DNA from: Balneola sp. | Lineage (GTDB): Bacteria > Bacteroidota > Rhodothermia > Balneolales > Balneolaceae | Reading direction: 5' to 3' | DNA: 64,000 nucleotides | NCBI GenBank assembly: GCA_965267385.1 | Contig: OZ253957.1 | Coordinates: 65,186 to 129,185, forward strand | Shown: one piece after another, positions 19,060-26,992 of the stretch | How the letters are laid out: each line of letters begins with the position of its first letter | Position numbering within the stretch: the stretch's first letter is position 1 | Position numbers and translations under genes: made by a program | Notes under the pieces: generated by a model | The model's database searches: none | The model's input: the letters and a program-made list of their open reading frames with translations, nothing else | Told to the model about the DNA's origin: nothing

Positions 19060-19308
19060 TTACCTGAACTTCGACCAGTCTAAAGTAGATAAAACTTGTA
19101 CTTTTGACCGGTCCAAAAAAACGGGAAGCTGACATTCGGCCTTAGTGTCATAGCGGGCATATCCAAGCAGCACCCAGGGTCCTTTGCCTCGGGTATATTT
19201 GTTTTGTGTGGACTGATGACTTTGCACACGTTGTTTCAGATCGGAAGTATATCCGTAATAATGCCGGCCGCTGGCTTCTGAACGTAGCATATAGACAAAG
19301 TAAGGCAT
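19060..19308 (-). pseudogene. GIY-YIG nuclease family, copy 1 (3'-truncated, C-terminus replaced)
   Basis: The first 57 aa are identical to copy 3 (MPYFVYMLRSEASGRHYYGYTSDLKQRVQSHQ...YDTKAE). Homology ends near 19135 and the ORF continues into unrelated sequence. Confidence 0.65.
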
Positions 19309-19363
19309 AATCCTGAGTGTAAACTAAAAAAGGCATCAACGGATATGTCAATGCCTTTTTCCA

Positions 19364-19438
19364 GTCGGGGCGACAGGATTTGAACCTGCGGCCCTCCCGA
19401 CCGTGGTCGGGATGCCTACCGGACTACGCCGTGCTTGG
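19364..19438 (-). pseudogene. tRNA-Pro-derived relic A
   Basis: The T-arm/3' acceptor matches the real gene except for one extra T, and the D-arm is 15/15. The 5' acceptor strand CCAAGCA cannot pair with CGCCCCG, and the anticodon arm is replaced by a GC hairpin. Confidence 0.7.
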
Positions 19439-19676
19439 AAAGCCAGTTCAGGGCTTTTTGAGGGTTCTTCATGGCCTTAAGTTTGCGTTCAATCCGAAGG
19501 GCCTCGGCCTTGGTATCATAGCGGGCATATCCAAGCAGCACCCAAGGTCCTTTGCCTCGGGTATATTTGTTTTGTGTGGACTGATGACTATGCACACGTT
19601 GTTTCAGATCGGAAGTGTATCCGTAATAATGCCGCCCGCTGGCTTCTGAACGTAGCATATAGACAAAGTAGGGAAT
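19416..19676 (-). pseudogene. GIY-YIG nuclease family, copy 2 (start codon ATG>ATT)
   Basis: Collinear with copy 3, but codon 1 is ATT (19674-19676). The first in-frame Met is residue 7 (track ORF 19416..19658), which removes part of the GIY strand. Confidence 0.6.
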
Positions 19677-19732
19677 AATCCTGAGTGTAAACTAAAAAAG
19701 GCATCAACGGATATGTCAATGCCTTTTTCCAG

Positions 19733-19806
19733 TCGGGGCGACAGGATTTGAACCTGCGGCCCTCCCGACCGTGGTCGGGATGCCTACCGGACTACGCCGT
19801 GCTTGG
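19733..19806 (-). pseudogene. tRNA-Pro-derived relic B
   Basis: 26/26 nt identical to the 3' end of the intact tRNA-Pro and 15/15 in the D-arm. The acceptor stem is unpairable and the anticodon arm is replaced. Confidence 0.7.
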
Positions 19807-20044
19807 AAAGCCAGTTCAGGGCTTTTTGAGGGTTCTTCATGGCCTTAAGTTTGCGTTCAATCCGAAGGGCCTCGGCCTTGGTATCATAGCGGGCATATCC
19901 AAGCAGCACCCAAGGTCCTTTGCCTCGGGTATATTTGTTTTGTGTGGACTGATGACTTTGCACACGTTGTTTCAGATCGGAAGTATATCCGTAATAATGC
20001 CGCCCGCTGGCTTCTGAACGTAGCATATAGACAAAGTAGGGCAT
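19784..20044 (-). CDS. GIY-YIG nuclease family protein (URI domain, 86 aa), copy 3, intact
   Basis: YFVYMLRS...YYGYTSDLKQRVQSH...PWVLLGY...AEALRIERKLK gives the GIY ... YIG ... R ... E pattern. The last 8 codons and the stop lie inside tRNA relic B. Confidence 0.8.
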   Translation of the reverse strand: MPYFVYMLRSEASGRHYYGYTSDLKQRVQSHQSTQNKYTRGKGPWVLLGYARYDTKAEALRIERKLKAMKNPQKALNWLSKHGVVR

Positions 20045-20100
20045 AATCCTGAGTGTAAACTAAAAAAGGCATCAACGGATATGTCAATGCCTTTTTCCAG

Positions 20101-20174
20101 TCGGGGCGACAGGATTTGAACCTGCGACCCCTCGGCCCCCAGCCGAGTGCGCTACCGGACTACGCCACGCCCCG
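20101..20174 (-). tRNA. tRNA-Pro (anticodon GGG)
   Basis: Hand fold: acceptor CGGGGCG/CGCCCCG, anticodon stem CTCGG/CCGAG with loop CTGGGGG, T-loop GGTTCAAATCC. CCA is not encoded. Confidence 0.9.
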
Positions 20175-20316
20175 AATTGACATAAAAGATAGGCAACAAT
20201 CATGGCAAAACTCAAGGTGGATAGCGCTTAATCAGGAATAGATTCCGAAACCAGATTGCTGAATCCCAATGTGTAAAGGGACAGACCAGAAACAAATGAA
20301 CGCAGGGACGTTAACT

Positions 20317-20712
20317 TCACTTTGACTGACAAAGCTCGATCAACACCCCGTTATTGTTTTTGGGATGAATAAAAGCCACCAGCTTATTATCGGCTCCGTC
20401 TTTGGGTTTTTCGTTTAGCACGTGAAACCCTTCTGCTTTCAGGCGATCCATTTCCGCGTAGATATCGAGCACCTCAAAGGCGACATGGTGCAGGCCCTCC
20501 CCGTTACGCTCCACATATTTGGCAATGACGGAATCTGAGCTGGTAGCACCAAGAAGCTCTACTTTGGATTCCCCGGTCTGGAAGAAGGCGGTTTCAACCT
20601 GTTCGCTTTCGACGATCTCCGTTTTATCACAGGGGCGATTGAGAATAGTTTCGTAGGTTTTGATGGCTGATTCCAGATCTTTCACTGCAATGCCAATATG
20701 GTCAATATGCAT
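20317..20712 (-). CDS. mce: methylmalonyl-CoA epimerase
   Basis: MHIDHIGIAV...GEGLHHVAFEV, a VOC fold with the epimerase signature. Confidence 0.8.
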   Translation of the reverse strand: MHIDHIGIAVKDLESAIKTYETILNRPCDKTEIVESEQVETAFFQTGESKVELLGATSSDSVIAKYVERNGEGLHHVAFEVLDIYAEMDRLKAEGFHVLNEKPKDGADNKLVAFIHPKNNNGVLIELCQSK

Positions 20713-20800
20713 ATTGTATTCTGTATATTCAGGATGATATCTTTCAAATATCGAAGAATGTGGTCCTAAAGTCGAAACCTAATTTCAATTTTCACAATTT

Positions 20801-21682
20801 ATGGTAAGCCCGATGAAAAAAACATCCCTGTACCTGATCCTGTTCACCCTGTTCATTTCCTGTTCCGCTGAAAAAGAGAGCAAGGAAGAGCTGGTTTCTA
20901 TTGAGACCCCTTACGGTGAGATGGTTGTACTTCTGTATGATGAAACCCCTCTTCATAAGGAGAACTTTCTCAGGCTTGCCAAACAGGGATTCTACGACGG
21001 AACCACCTTTCACAGGGTTATTGACGATTTTATGATCCAGGGAGGGGATCCCTTTTCCAGAGACAGCCTTGACTTCAACGACGGGACCGGGGGCCCCGGT
21101 TACACTATTGAGTCGGAATTTAACAGAAACCTGATTCACAAGCGGGGAGCGATAGCAGCAGCCAGAATGCCGGATGCACAAAATCCGGAATTAGCCTCAA
21201 ACGGGTCTCAGTTTTTTATTGTGGACGGACGAAAGATAACCGGAGCCGAAATCGTCAATTTTGAGCACGAAGTTAATCAGAACCTCGAGAACAGGATCAT
21301 GAGAGAGTATGTGTATCGGCCTGAAAACGCGCATTATCTGGACGCGCTCAGAAGAAATCAACAAGCCAACAATCCGGACAGCATTACCATTATCACGGAA
21401 CAGGTCCGAAAAGAGGCGCTCGTTGGGTACGAACCTTTTCAGTATACCGATGAGCAGATCTCCATTTACGAAGAACTCGGCGGATCCCCCTTTCTGGACC
21501 AGAACTATACGGTTTTTGGTGAAGTGATCTCAGGACTGGCCGTACTGGATTCCATCACGGCACAGGAAACCGATCAGCGCGACCGGCCTCTCCGTAATAT
21601 TCCGATGGAAGTCCGGGTATTTGAAATGTCCCGCGATAGTATAGCGGAGGAATATGGCTTTAGCCTGGATGACAATGAATGA
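20801..21682 (+). CDS. cyclophilin-type peptidyl-prolyl isomerase (lipoprotein, with insertion)
   Basis: FHRVIDDFMIQGGDP, GSQFFI and a LFISCS lipobox. Confidence 0.85.
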   Translation: MVSPMKKTSLYLILFTLFISCSAEKESKEELVSIETPYGEMVVLLYDETPLHKENFLRLAKQGFYDGTTFHRVIDDFMIQGGDPFSRDSLDFNDGTGGPGYTIESEFNRNLIHKRGAIAAARMPDAQNPELASNGSQFFIVDGRKITGAEIVNFEHEVNQNLENRIMREYVYRPENAHYLDALRRNQQANNPDSITIITEQVRKEALVGYEPFQYTDEQISIYEELGGSPFLDQNYTVFGEVISGLAVLDSITAQETDQRDRPLRNIPMEVRVFEMSRDSIAEEYGFSLDDNE

Positions 21683-22431
21683 GGCCCGTATTACTTCTCA
21701 TAGCACTCTTAAGCATATCAACTGGCTGTAGCGATACAGAAAAGGCACGGGAACATTTTTTTCTGAGAGGCTATGATGAGCTGGAATTCCGTAATCACCT
21801 GAACGGACCCGTTCTCCCCTTTTTATTCATAGAGGGAAGACAGCTCAACGGAATTCAAACCTATCAAATACTCAATGAGTCCTTGGTTCTGGTCAATAAA
21901 AAGACCGGGACCCCATATACCGGTCCGATACGAACCTTTCACTGGTACATTTACAACATCGAAGCTCTCTTCGAGGAGGGGAAGGTCTACCGGCTGCGGT
22001 ACTGGCATCCCAACCGAAGACTGGGTATGGATATGGACTACAGGAGACGGACAGGGACGGTATGGAACAGGCTGGGCCAGACAGCCATCATCTGGACTCC
22101 GGAAGAAACGATCTACCTGAATCCCGGCAGTCAGCAAGTCCGGCAGATCATGACAGACAGCCTGAGCACCTACTTTGATGAGAACGGAGAGATGCGCTAC
22201 TACGCAATGAGAACGGATTCGGCCTGGCAAAGCTACTATCCGGATGGAAGTCCCAGGTTTTTCTTTCCGCTCAATGAAAACGGGATCAGAGACGGGGTGG
22301 TAAAAAGGTGGTATCCGAACGGGCAGCTGAGGGCGAGGGGCCTCTACAAAAACGGGGAAGAATGGGGAATATGGATGGAGTATGACAGCCTGGGCAGGCT
22401 TATACAAAAAGTAGATATGTCCCGGCAATAG
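21679..22431 (+). CDS. MORN-repeat/YwqK-like protein
   Basis: Repeats of the type WYPNGQLRARGLYKNGEEWGIWMEYDSLGRL. The start overlaps the PPIase stop (ATGA). Confidence 0.6.
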   Translation: MRPVLLLIALLSISTGCSDTEKAREHFFLRGYDELEFRNHLNGPVLPFLFIEGRQLNGIQTYQILNESLVLVNKKTGTPYTGPIRTFHWYIYNIEALFEEGKVYRLRYWHPNRRLGMDMDYRRRTGTVWNRLGQTAIIWTPEETIYLNPGSQQVRQIMTDSLSTYFDENGEMRYYAMRTDSAWQSYYPDGSPRFFFPLNENGIRDGVVKRWYPNGQLRARGLYKNGEEWGIWMEYDSLGRLIQKVDMSRQ

Positions 22432-22480
22432 TTTAAGAGTGGAGCAGAGTAACCGATAAGGGAAGTAAAAATTTGATGGT

Positions 22481-24070
22481 ATGTGGCGTCCCTTACACCT
22501 GGATCAAATTCTGGCCAGCTACGACCCTCTCGACGCGAGAGTGCTGGGGAGTATTCTGGGCTGGGTTTTGGTAATTGCAGGTGTTATCGGTATTTCAGTC
22601 TACAATCTTCCCGAGGACTGGATCTATGCGAATGGAGACAAGACCCGGTTGATCCGGCTTTTTCTGGTGAACCCGGCCATGCTGATCGGCCTCGTTGTAC
22701 TCTTCTGGTTCGGCTTTGAGTGGTCCTTCATTCCGGTGTTCCTTTCGATGTTCATAATAGGGTTGTTCAGTAACCTGGAACCACACTGGGCCATTCTGTT
22801 TGGATTGTCCTTCGTGTTTGGCCTTTCCATCTACGCGATTGTGTACCACTGCGTCAGGATCGACTACACTCCGACAAGCTTAAGTAGTCTGCTGGTCTTT
22901 ACAGGAACTTCATTCGTGGCATCCACAGCCGCATCCTTGGGAGCCTTTATCTGGAGTTTATCCCACAACCTGACCGCAGTTCAAACAGCGACCCTGTGGA
23001 ATGCATGGTGGGCGGGCAGTTTTTTGCAGTCTGTTGTACTGGTAGCCCCTTTTCTGTTGATGGGTTCTGGCTTTGCGGAGCGGTTCAAGGATCGCTGTTT
23101 CGAGCTTGAAGAGCAAAGGGAAGTGTCCATCCGCTGGGTGTACAGCGCCGTAATCCTGGTAACGCTGGTGATATCGGTATTCATTTTATCCGGACGGTAC
23201 CTGGGGAAAATGAGGATGGAAGAATTCATGGTACAGACCAGCGATATCACAGCGCAGGCCGTTCTTTCCTCGATGGAATCCTTTGAGATCATCACCTGGA
23301 TTTCTGTGTGGATCATACTTTGTGTGGGGTTGGGTGCCGTGTTCCTGATTGGCAGCTGGAATAAAGAGCTCAAAAAGAAAGTCCAGGAACGCACGACCAG
23401 CCTTGAAGAAGCCGAGCAGAAACTCAAACAGTCTCTTTCTGAGAAGGAGACCCTGCTCAAGGAGATCCATCACCGGGTGAAAAATAACCTTGCGGTGGTC
23501 ACCGCACTGCTGGATCTGCAATACATGAAAACAGATTGTAATAAGACGCGCCATATTCTGAGCGACTCCAAAGCCAGGGTCAAGTCAATGGCCTTTGTGC
23601 ACGAGACCCTCTATCAGACCGAGAATTTTTCAATGGTCAACATCGAAAGCTACATTAAAAGGCTGGTCAAATCGATCCGTAACACGTTCAACTCCGGCAA
23701 AAAGGATGTTGATATAGAAGTGCATTCAAACGGGGTTTCACTTGAAATGGAGAGGGCCATTCCGCTGGGCCTGTTACTGAACGAGCTGATCGTCAATGCC
23801 TACAAACATGCCTTTAAAGACCGGGATAAGGGAAAAATAATCATATCCATTGAGCAGAATGAATGCGGACTGAAGGTGGTGGTACAGGACAACGGAATAG
23901 GCTTTCCGGAAGGAAAGGGGCTGGATTCAGGTACAACCCATCTGGGCATGACCCTGGTTCGGACCCTGGCGCGACAGCTAAAAGCTACGATAGAGTTGCA
24001 ATCAGAGCCGGGGAATACTAGATTTTGTCTGTCTTCTTATACAGATAACTTCTCTGACCTTGCTGCATGA
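22481..24070 (+). CDS. membrane sensor histidine kinase (HisKA_2 type)
   Basis: About 7 TM helices, a coiled coil, H-box EIHHRVKNNLAVV, N-box LNELIVNAYKHAF and G-box VQDNGIGFP. Confidence 0.8.
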   Translation: MWRPLHLDQILASYDPLDARVLGSILGWVLVIAGVIGISVYNLPEDWIYANGDKTRLIRLFLVNPAMLIGLVVLFWFGFEWSFIPVFLSMFIIGLFSNLEPHWAILFGLSFVFGLSIYAIVYHCVRIDYTPTSLSSLLVFTGTSFVASTAASLGAFIWSLSHNLTAVQTATLWNAWWAGSFLQSVVLVAPFLLMGSGFAERFKDRCFELEEQREVSIRWVYSAVILVTLVISVFILSGRYLGKMRMEEFMVQTSDITAQAVLSSMESFEIITWISVWIILCVGLGAVFLIGSWNKELKKKVQERTTSLEEAEQKLKQSLSEKETLLKEIHHRVKNNLAVVTALLDLQYMKTDCNKTRHILSDSKARVKSMAFVHETLYQTENFSMVNIESYIKRLVKSIRNTFNSGKKDVDIEVHSNGVSLEMERAIPLGLLLNELIVNAYKHAFKDRDKGKIIISIEQNECGLKVVVQDNGIGFPEGKGLDSGTTHLGMTLVRTLARQLKATIELQSEPGNTRFCLSSYTDNFSDLAA

Positions 24071-25896
24071 ACCTGAATGTCCCTTCTCTTAAAGAAATCA
24101 CCGCCGGGAGCGTAGCCACTGTTAAACGCTTTCCGGTGGCCATGCTGATCGCCATTGCAGGAACGGCCCTGGCCATTTGGCTCAGTGAGCTCAACAGCAC
24201 CAGAGTGGATGAGTACTACTATCTGTTTAATATCCTGTTTCTGTGTGCACTGGGTATATCTTTTTTTGTTGCACTCACAACCTTTGGGGAATCGAAGGGA
24301 TGGGATTTCAGCAGGATCATGCTATTACGGGGAGCCGGCCTGTTGGGGCTTCTGTTGTATTACCTCACATTTCCGGATGTGATCATTGCGGAACAACCTT
24401 ATTTCCATATCTATCGCTATCTGCTGTTTTTTCTGGCTGCTCATTTGCTTGTGGCCGTTGCTCCATTTTCGGGAAACAGTGACCTCCGTGAGTTCTGGGG
24501 ATATAACAAAGCGTTGTTTCTTAATATCCTGACTTCCGCGCTGTACAGTGCGGCGCTGTATTTTGGCCTGACTATCGCCCTCCTTTCGGTGGATGTATTG
24601 CTGAACATCAGCGTGGGTGACGACACCTATTTCCAGCTCTGGATGTTCATGGTGGGTGTTTTTAATACCTGGTTCTTTCTGGCACGCGTTCCGAAGCCGA
24701 GCCACTTTGACCGTGAAATGACCTCTTACCCAAAGGGACTGAAGGTCTTTGTTCAGTATGTGCTGATCCCTCTGGTGACGGTGTACATTGTGATCCTGTA
24801 CCTGTACATGATCAAGATCATCATTCAATGGGAACTCCCGCAGGGCTGGGTCGCGAACCTGGTGCTCAGTTTTTCCATTGCTGGCATACTTTCCCTGCTG
24901 TTGCTTTATCCCATACAGGAAAAGGAAGGCAACAAGTGGGTGAAAGTATATTCTAAAGGTTATTTCTATGGCCTGGTGCCTTTAGTGATCCTGCTGTATG
25001 TATCTATCTGGACGCGCATCTCGGAATACGGAGTGACGATCAACCGGTTTTTGGTAGCCACCCTGGCGGTATGGCTGAGCGGAATCGTGCTGTACTTCAT
25101 CCTCAGCAAAGCCAAGAACATCAAAGTGATCCCGATTTCTTTGTGTGTTGTGGCTCTGGCTGTCTCATTCGGACCTCTGAGTGCTTTTTCGGTTTCTGAG
25201 CGTAGTCAGAAGGGAAGGCTGAGTGAGCTCCTGGACCGTTATGAATATCTGGATGAGGAAGGAATCATACAGGCTTCCACACAAGACGTCCCCTTAGAAG
25301 ACCGCCGACAGGTCAGTTCGATCGTAGATTATCTGCATGACAATCACGGCTTGCCGGCCCTTCAAAGTTATTTTGATTTTGACCTGGAAGAACGACTGGA
25401 TGAGCCGGACCCCGATTCCTTAGGTTACAGGAGGGATGAGGAGCGTATCGTGGAATGGATGGGGATCGATTATACGAGCCGCCGGTGGCCTGCGGAAGGT
25501 ATCGCGGATGTAGAAAATTTCAGTTTCCGTTCAAATACCGTTCAGCATATAGACATAAGAGGTTATGACATACTGATTCCGGAAGTTTTTATGAGCAGCT
25601 ACCAGTCATCGGTCAACCGGCAAAGTTACACTTTTGATTACGACCGCGAGACTCAGGAATTGGCGATACGGGAATACCGGGGGGACGGCGAGGTACGGAT
25701 TGAGCTGTTACCGTTTGTGCAGAGTCTGAACGAGCGTTCCGGGAACCTGCGGGAGATCCCCCGTTCGGAGATGACGCTTAAAGCAGAGCACGAGAAATTT
25801 GCAGTAGCCATAATTTTCACTGAACTTCACGGAAACCTGGGAGATGAGCTCAATGTGTCATCTCTGACCTTCCACGCTTTGATTTCCGAAAAATAG
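24067..25896 (+). CDS. large polytopic membrane protein (DUF4153-like)
   Basis: 609 aa with at least 10 TM helices followed by a soluble C-terminal third. The start overlaps the kinase stop (ATGA). Family name is tentative. Confidence 0.55.
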   Translation: MNLNVPSLKEITAGSVATVKRFPVAMLIAIAGTALAIWLSELNSTRVDEYYYLFNILFLCALGISFFVALTTFGESKGWDFSRIMLLRGAGLLGLLLYYLTFPDVIIAEQPYFHIYRYLLFFLAAHLLVAVAPFSGNSDLREFWGYNKALFLNILTSALYSAALYFGLTIALLSVDVLLNISVGDDTYFQLWMFMVGVFNTWFFLARVPKPSHFDREMTSYPKGLKVFVQYVLIPLVTVYIVILYLYMIKIIIQWELPQGWVANLVLSFSIAGILSLLLLYPIQEKEGNKWVKVYSKGYFYGLVPLVILLYVSIWTRISEYGVTINRFLVATLAVWLSGIVLYFILSKAKNIKVIPISLCVVALAVSFGPLSAFSVSERSQKGRLSELLDRYEYLDEEGIIQASTQDVPLEDRRQVSSIVDYLHDNHGLPALQSYFDFDLEERLDEPDPDSLGYRRDEERIVEWMGIDYTSRRWPAEGIADVENFSFRSNTVQHIDIRGYDILIPEVFMSSYQSSVNRQSYTFDYDRETQELAIREYRGDGEVRIELLPFVQSLNERSGNLREIPRSEMTLKAEHEKFAVAIIFTELHGNLGDELNVSSLTFHALISEK

Positions 25897-25897
25897 T

Positions 25898-26992
25898 ATG
25901 AAACACCATTCAGTTCGTTCCTCGGGAAGCCGGTATCCATTCTGGATGCGGGCTTCAGTAACGCTTATTGGTCTTTGTCTGCTCTTCGTAGTGATGAGCT
26001 ACGGCAAATTCATCCTTATGCCACTGGCCTTCGCCGCCTTTATTTCTATGCTGTTAAATCCGGTGGTGGACTGGCTGGAGAGAAAAAGGCTGGGCCGCGC
26101 GCTCAGCATTATCCTGACGCTGCTGCTGGTGCTTATTCTGTTCGCAGGAATCATATCGCTCATATCCGCTCAGTTTGTTCAGTTTTCAGAACGAATCCCG
26201 GAAGTTACCGAGCGACTCAAAACGGTGACGGCCAATGGCATACAGTTCATGGAAGACACAATGGGGATCACGGAAGAGCAGCGCACGAACTACCTGGAGC
26301 AGGGGCTGTCGAACCTGATCGACAGAAGCGGCCAGTATTTTTCATCCATACTGAGCGCCACCACGAGCGCTTTCACGCTTATGTCGCTGATCCCGATCTT
26401 CGTTTTCTTCATGCTCTATTATAAAGAGATGTACCAGACTTTTTTCAGGAAGCTATTTGAGCAAAAAGACAGCCACTCCCAGATCGATGAGGTGCTGGAG
26501 AATGTGCAGGACGTTACTCAGAATTACCTGGTGGGAATGCTCACCGTAATCGGGATCCTTGCCGTACTCAATACCACGGGACTTTTCCTCATCGGGCTGG
26601 AGCATGCCATTTTCTTCGGGGTATTCGCTTCGCTGCTGGCAGTGATCCCCTATATCGGAATTATCATCGGGGCATTACCGCCCTTACTGTTTGCCTTTCT
26701 GCTGGGAGATTCCCTGCTGCAGCCGGTGCTGGTGGTGGCGGTGTTCGGAGTGGTACAATTTCTGGAAGGGAATTTCATTACGCCCAGGATCGTGGGTTCC
26801 AAAGTGTCCATCAATCCCTTTATGGCCATGCTGGCGCTGATCATCGGGGGAGAGCTGTGGGGGATCTCCGGAATGATCCTCTTTGTACCCCTGATCGGGA
26901 TTTTGCGTGTGATTTTTGAGGAGATCGATGACCTGAAGCCCTATGGATATGTACTTGGAAACCGGATCGAGTACGAACGGACGCAGGCCTAG
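25898..26992 (+). CDS. AI-2E family transporter (PerM-like)
   Basis: 364 aa with about 8 TM helices and the motif GNFITPRIVGSKVSINP. Confidence 0.8.
   Translation: MKHHSVRSSGSRYPFWMRASVTLIGLCLLFVVMSYGKFILMPLAFAAFISMLLNPVVDWLERKRLGRALSIILTLLLVLILFAGIISLISAQFVQFSERIPEVTERLKTVTANGIQFMEDTMGITEEQRTNYLEQGLSNLIDRSGQYFSSILSATTSAFTLMSLIPIFVFFMLYYKEMYQTFFRKLFEQKDSHSQIDEVLENVQDVTQNYLVGMLTVIGILAVLNTTGLFLIGLEHAIFFGVFASLLAVIPYIGIIIGALPPLLFAFLLGDSLLQPVLVVAVFGVVQFLEGNFITPRIVGSKVSINPFMAMLALIIGGELWGISGMILFVPLIGILRVIFEEIDDLKPYGYVLGNRIEYERTQA

Larger units (their letters stand above)
19135..20100 (-). repeat. tandem repeat, period 368/369 bp, about 2.6 units (GIY-YIG ORF + tRNA-Pro relic + terminator hairpin)
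   Basis: Units span 19733-20100 and 19364-19732, with a partial unit at 19135-19363. Units 2 and 3 differ by 3 substitutions that I could see plus one extra T. Confidence 0.9.

Noticed and set aside
19364-19806. Whether the two tRNA-Pro-like segments are functional tRNAs with a novel anticodon loop
   Set aside because: The 5' acceptor strand (CCAAGCA) cannot pair with the 3' strand (CGCCCCG). The replaced anticodon arm folds into a stem with a loop of 4-6 nt, not 7. They also overlap the GIY-YIG stop codon. I treat them as relics pending a tRNAscan-SE check.
19380-20087. Plus-strand 89-aa ORFs (19380..19649, 19748..20017) and minus-strand 67-aa ORFs (19148..19351, 19884..20087) across the tandem modules
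   Set aside because: These are shadow frames of the GIY-YIG genes and the tRNA relics. The GIY-YIG frame carries recognisable family motifs and these frames carry none.
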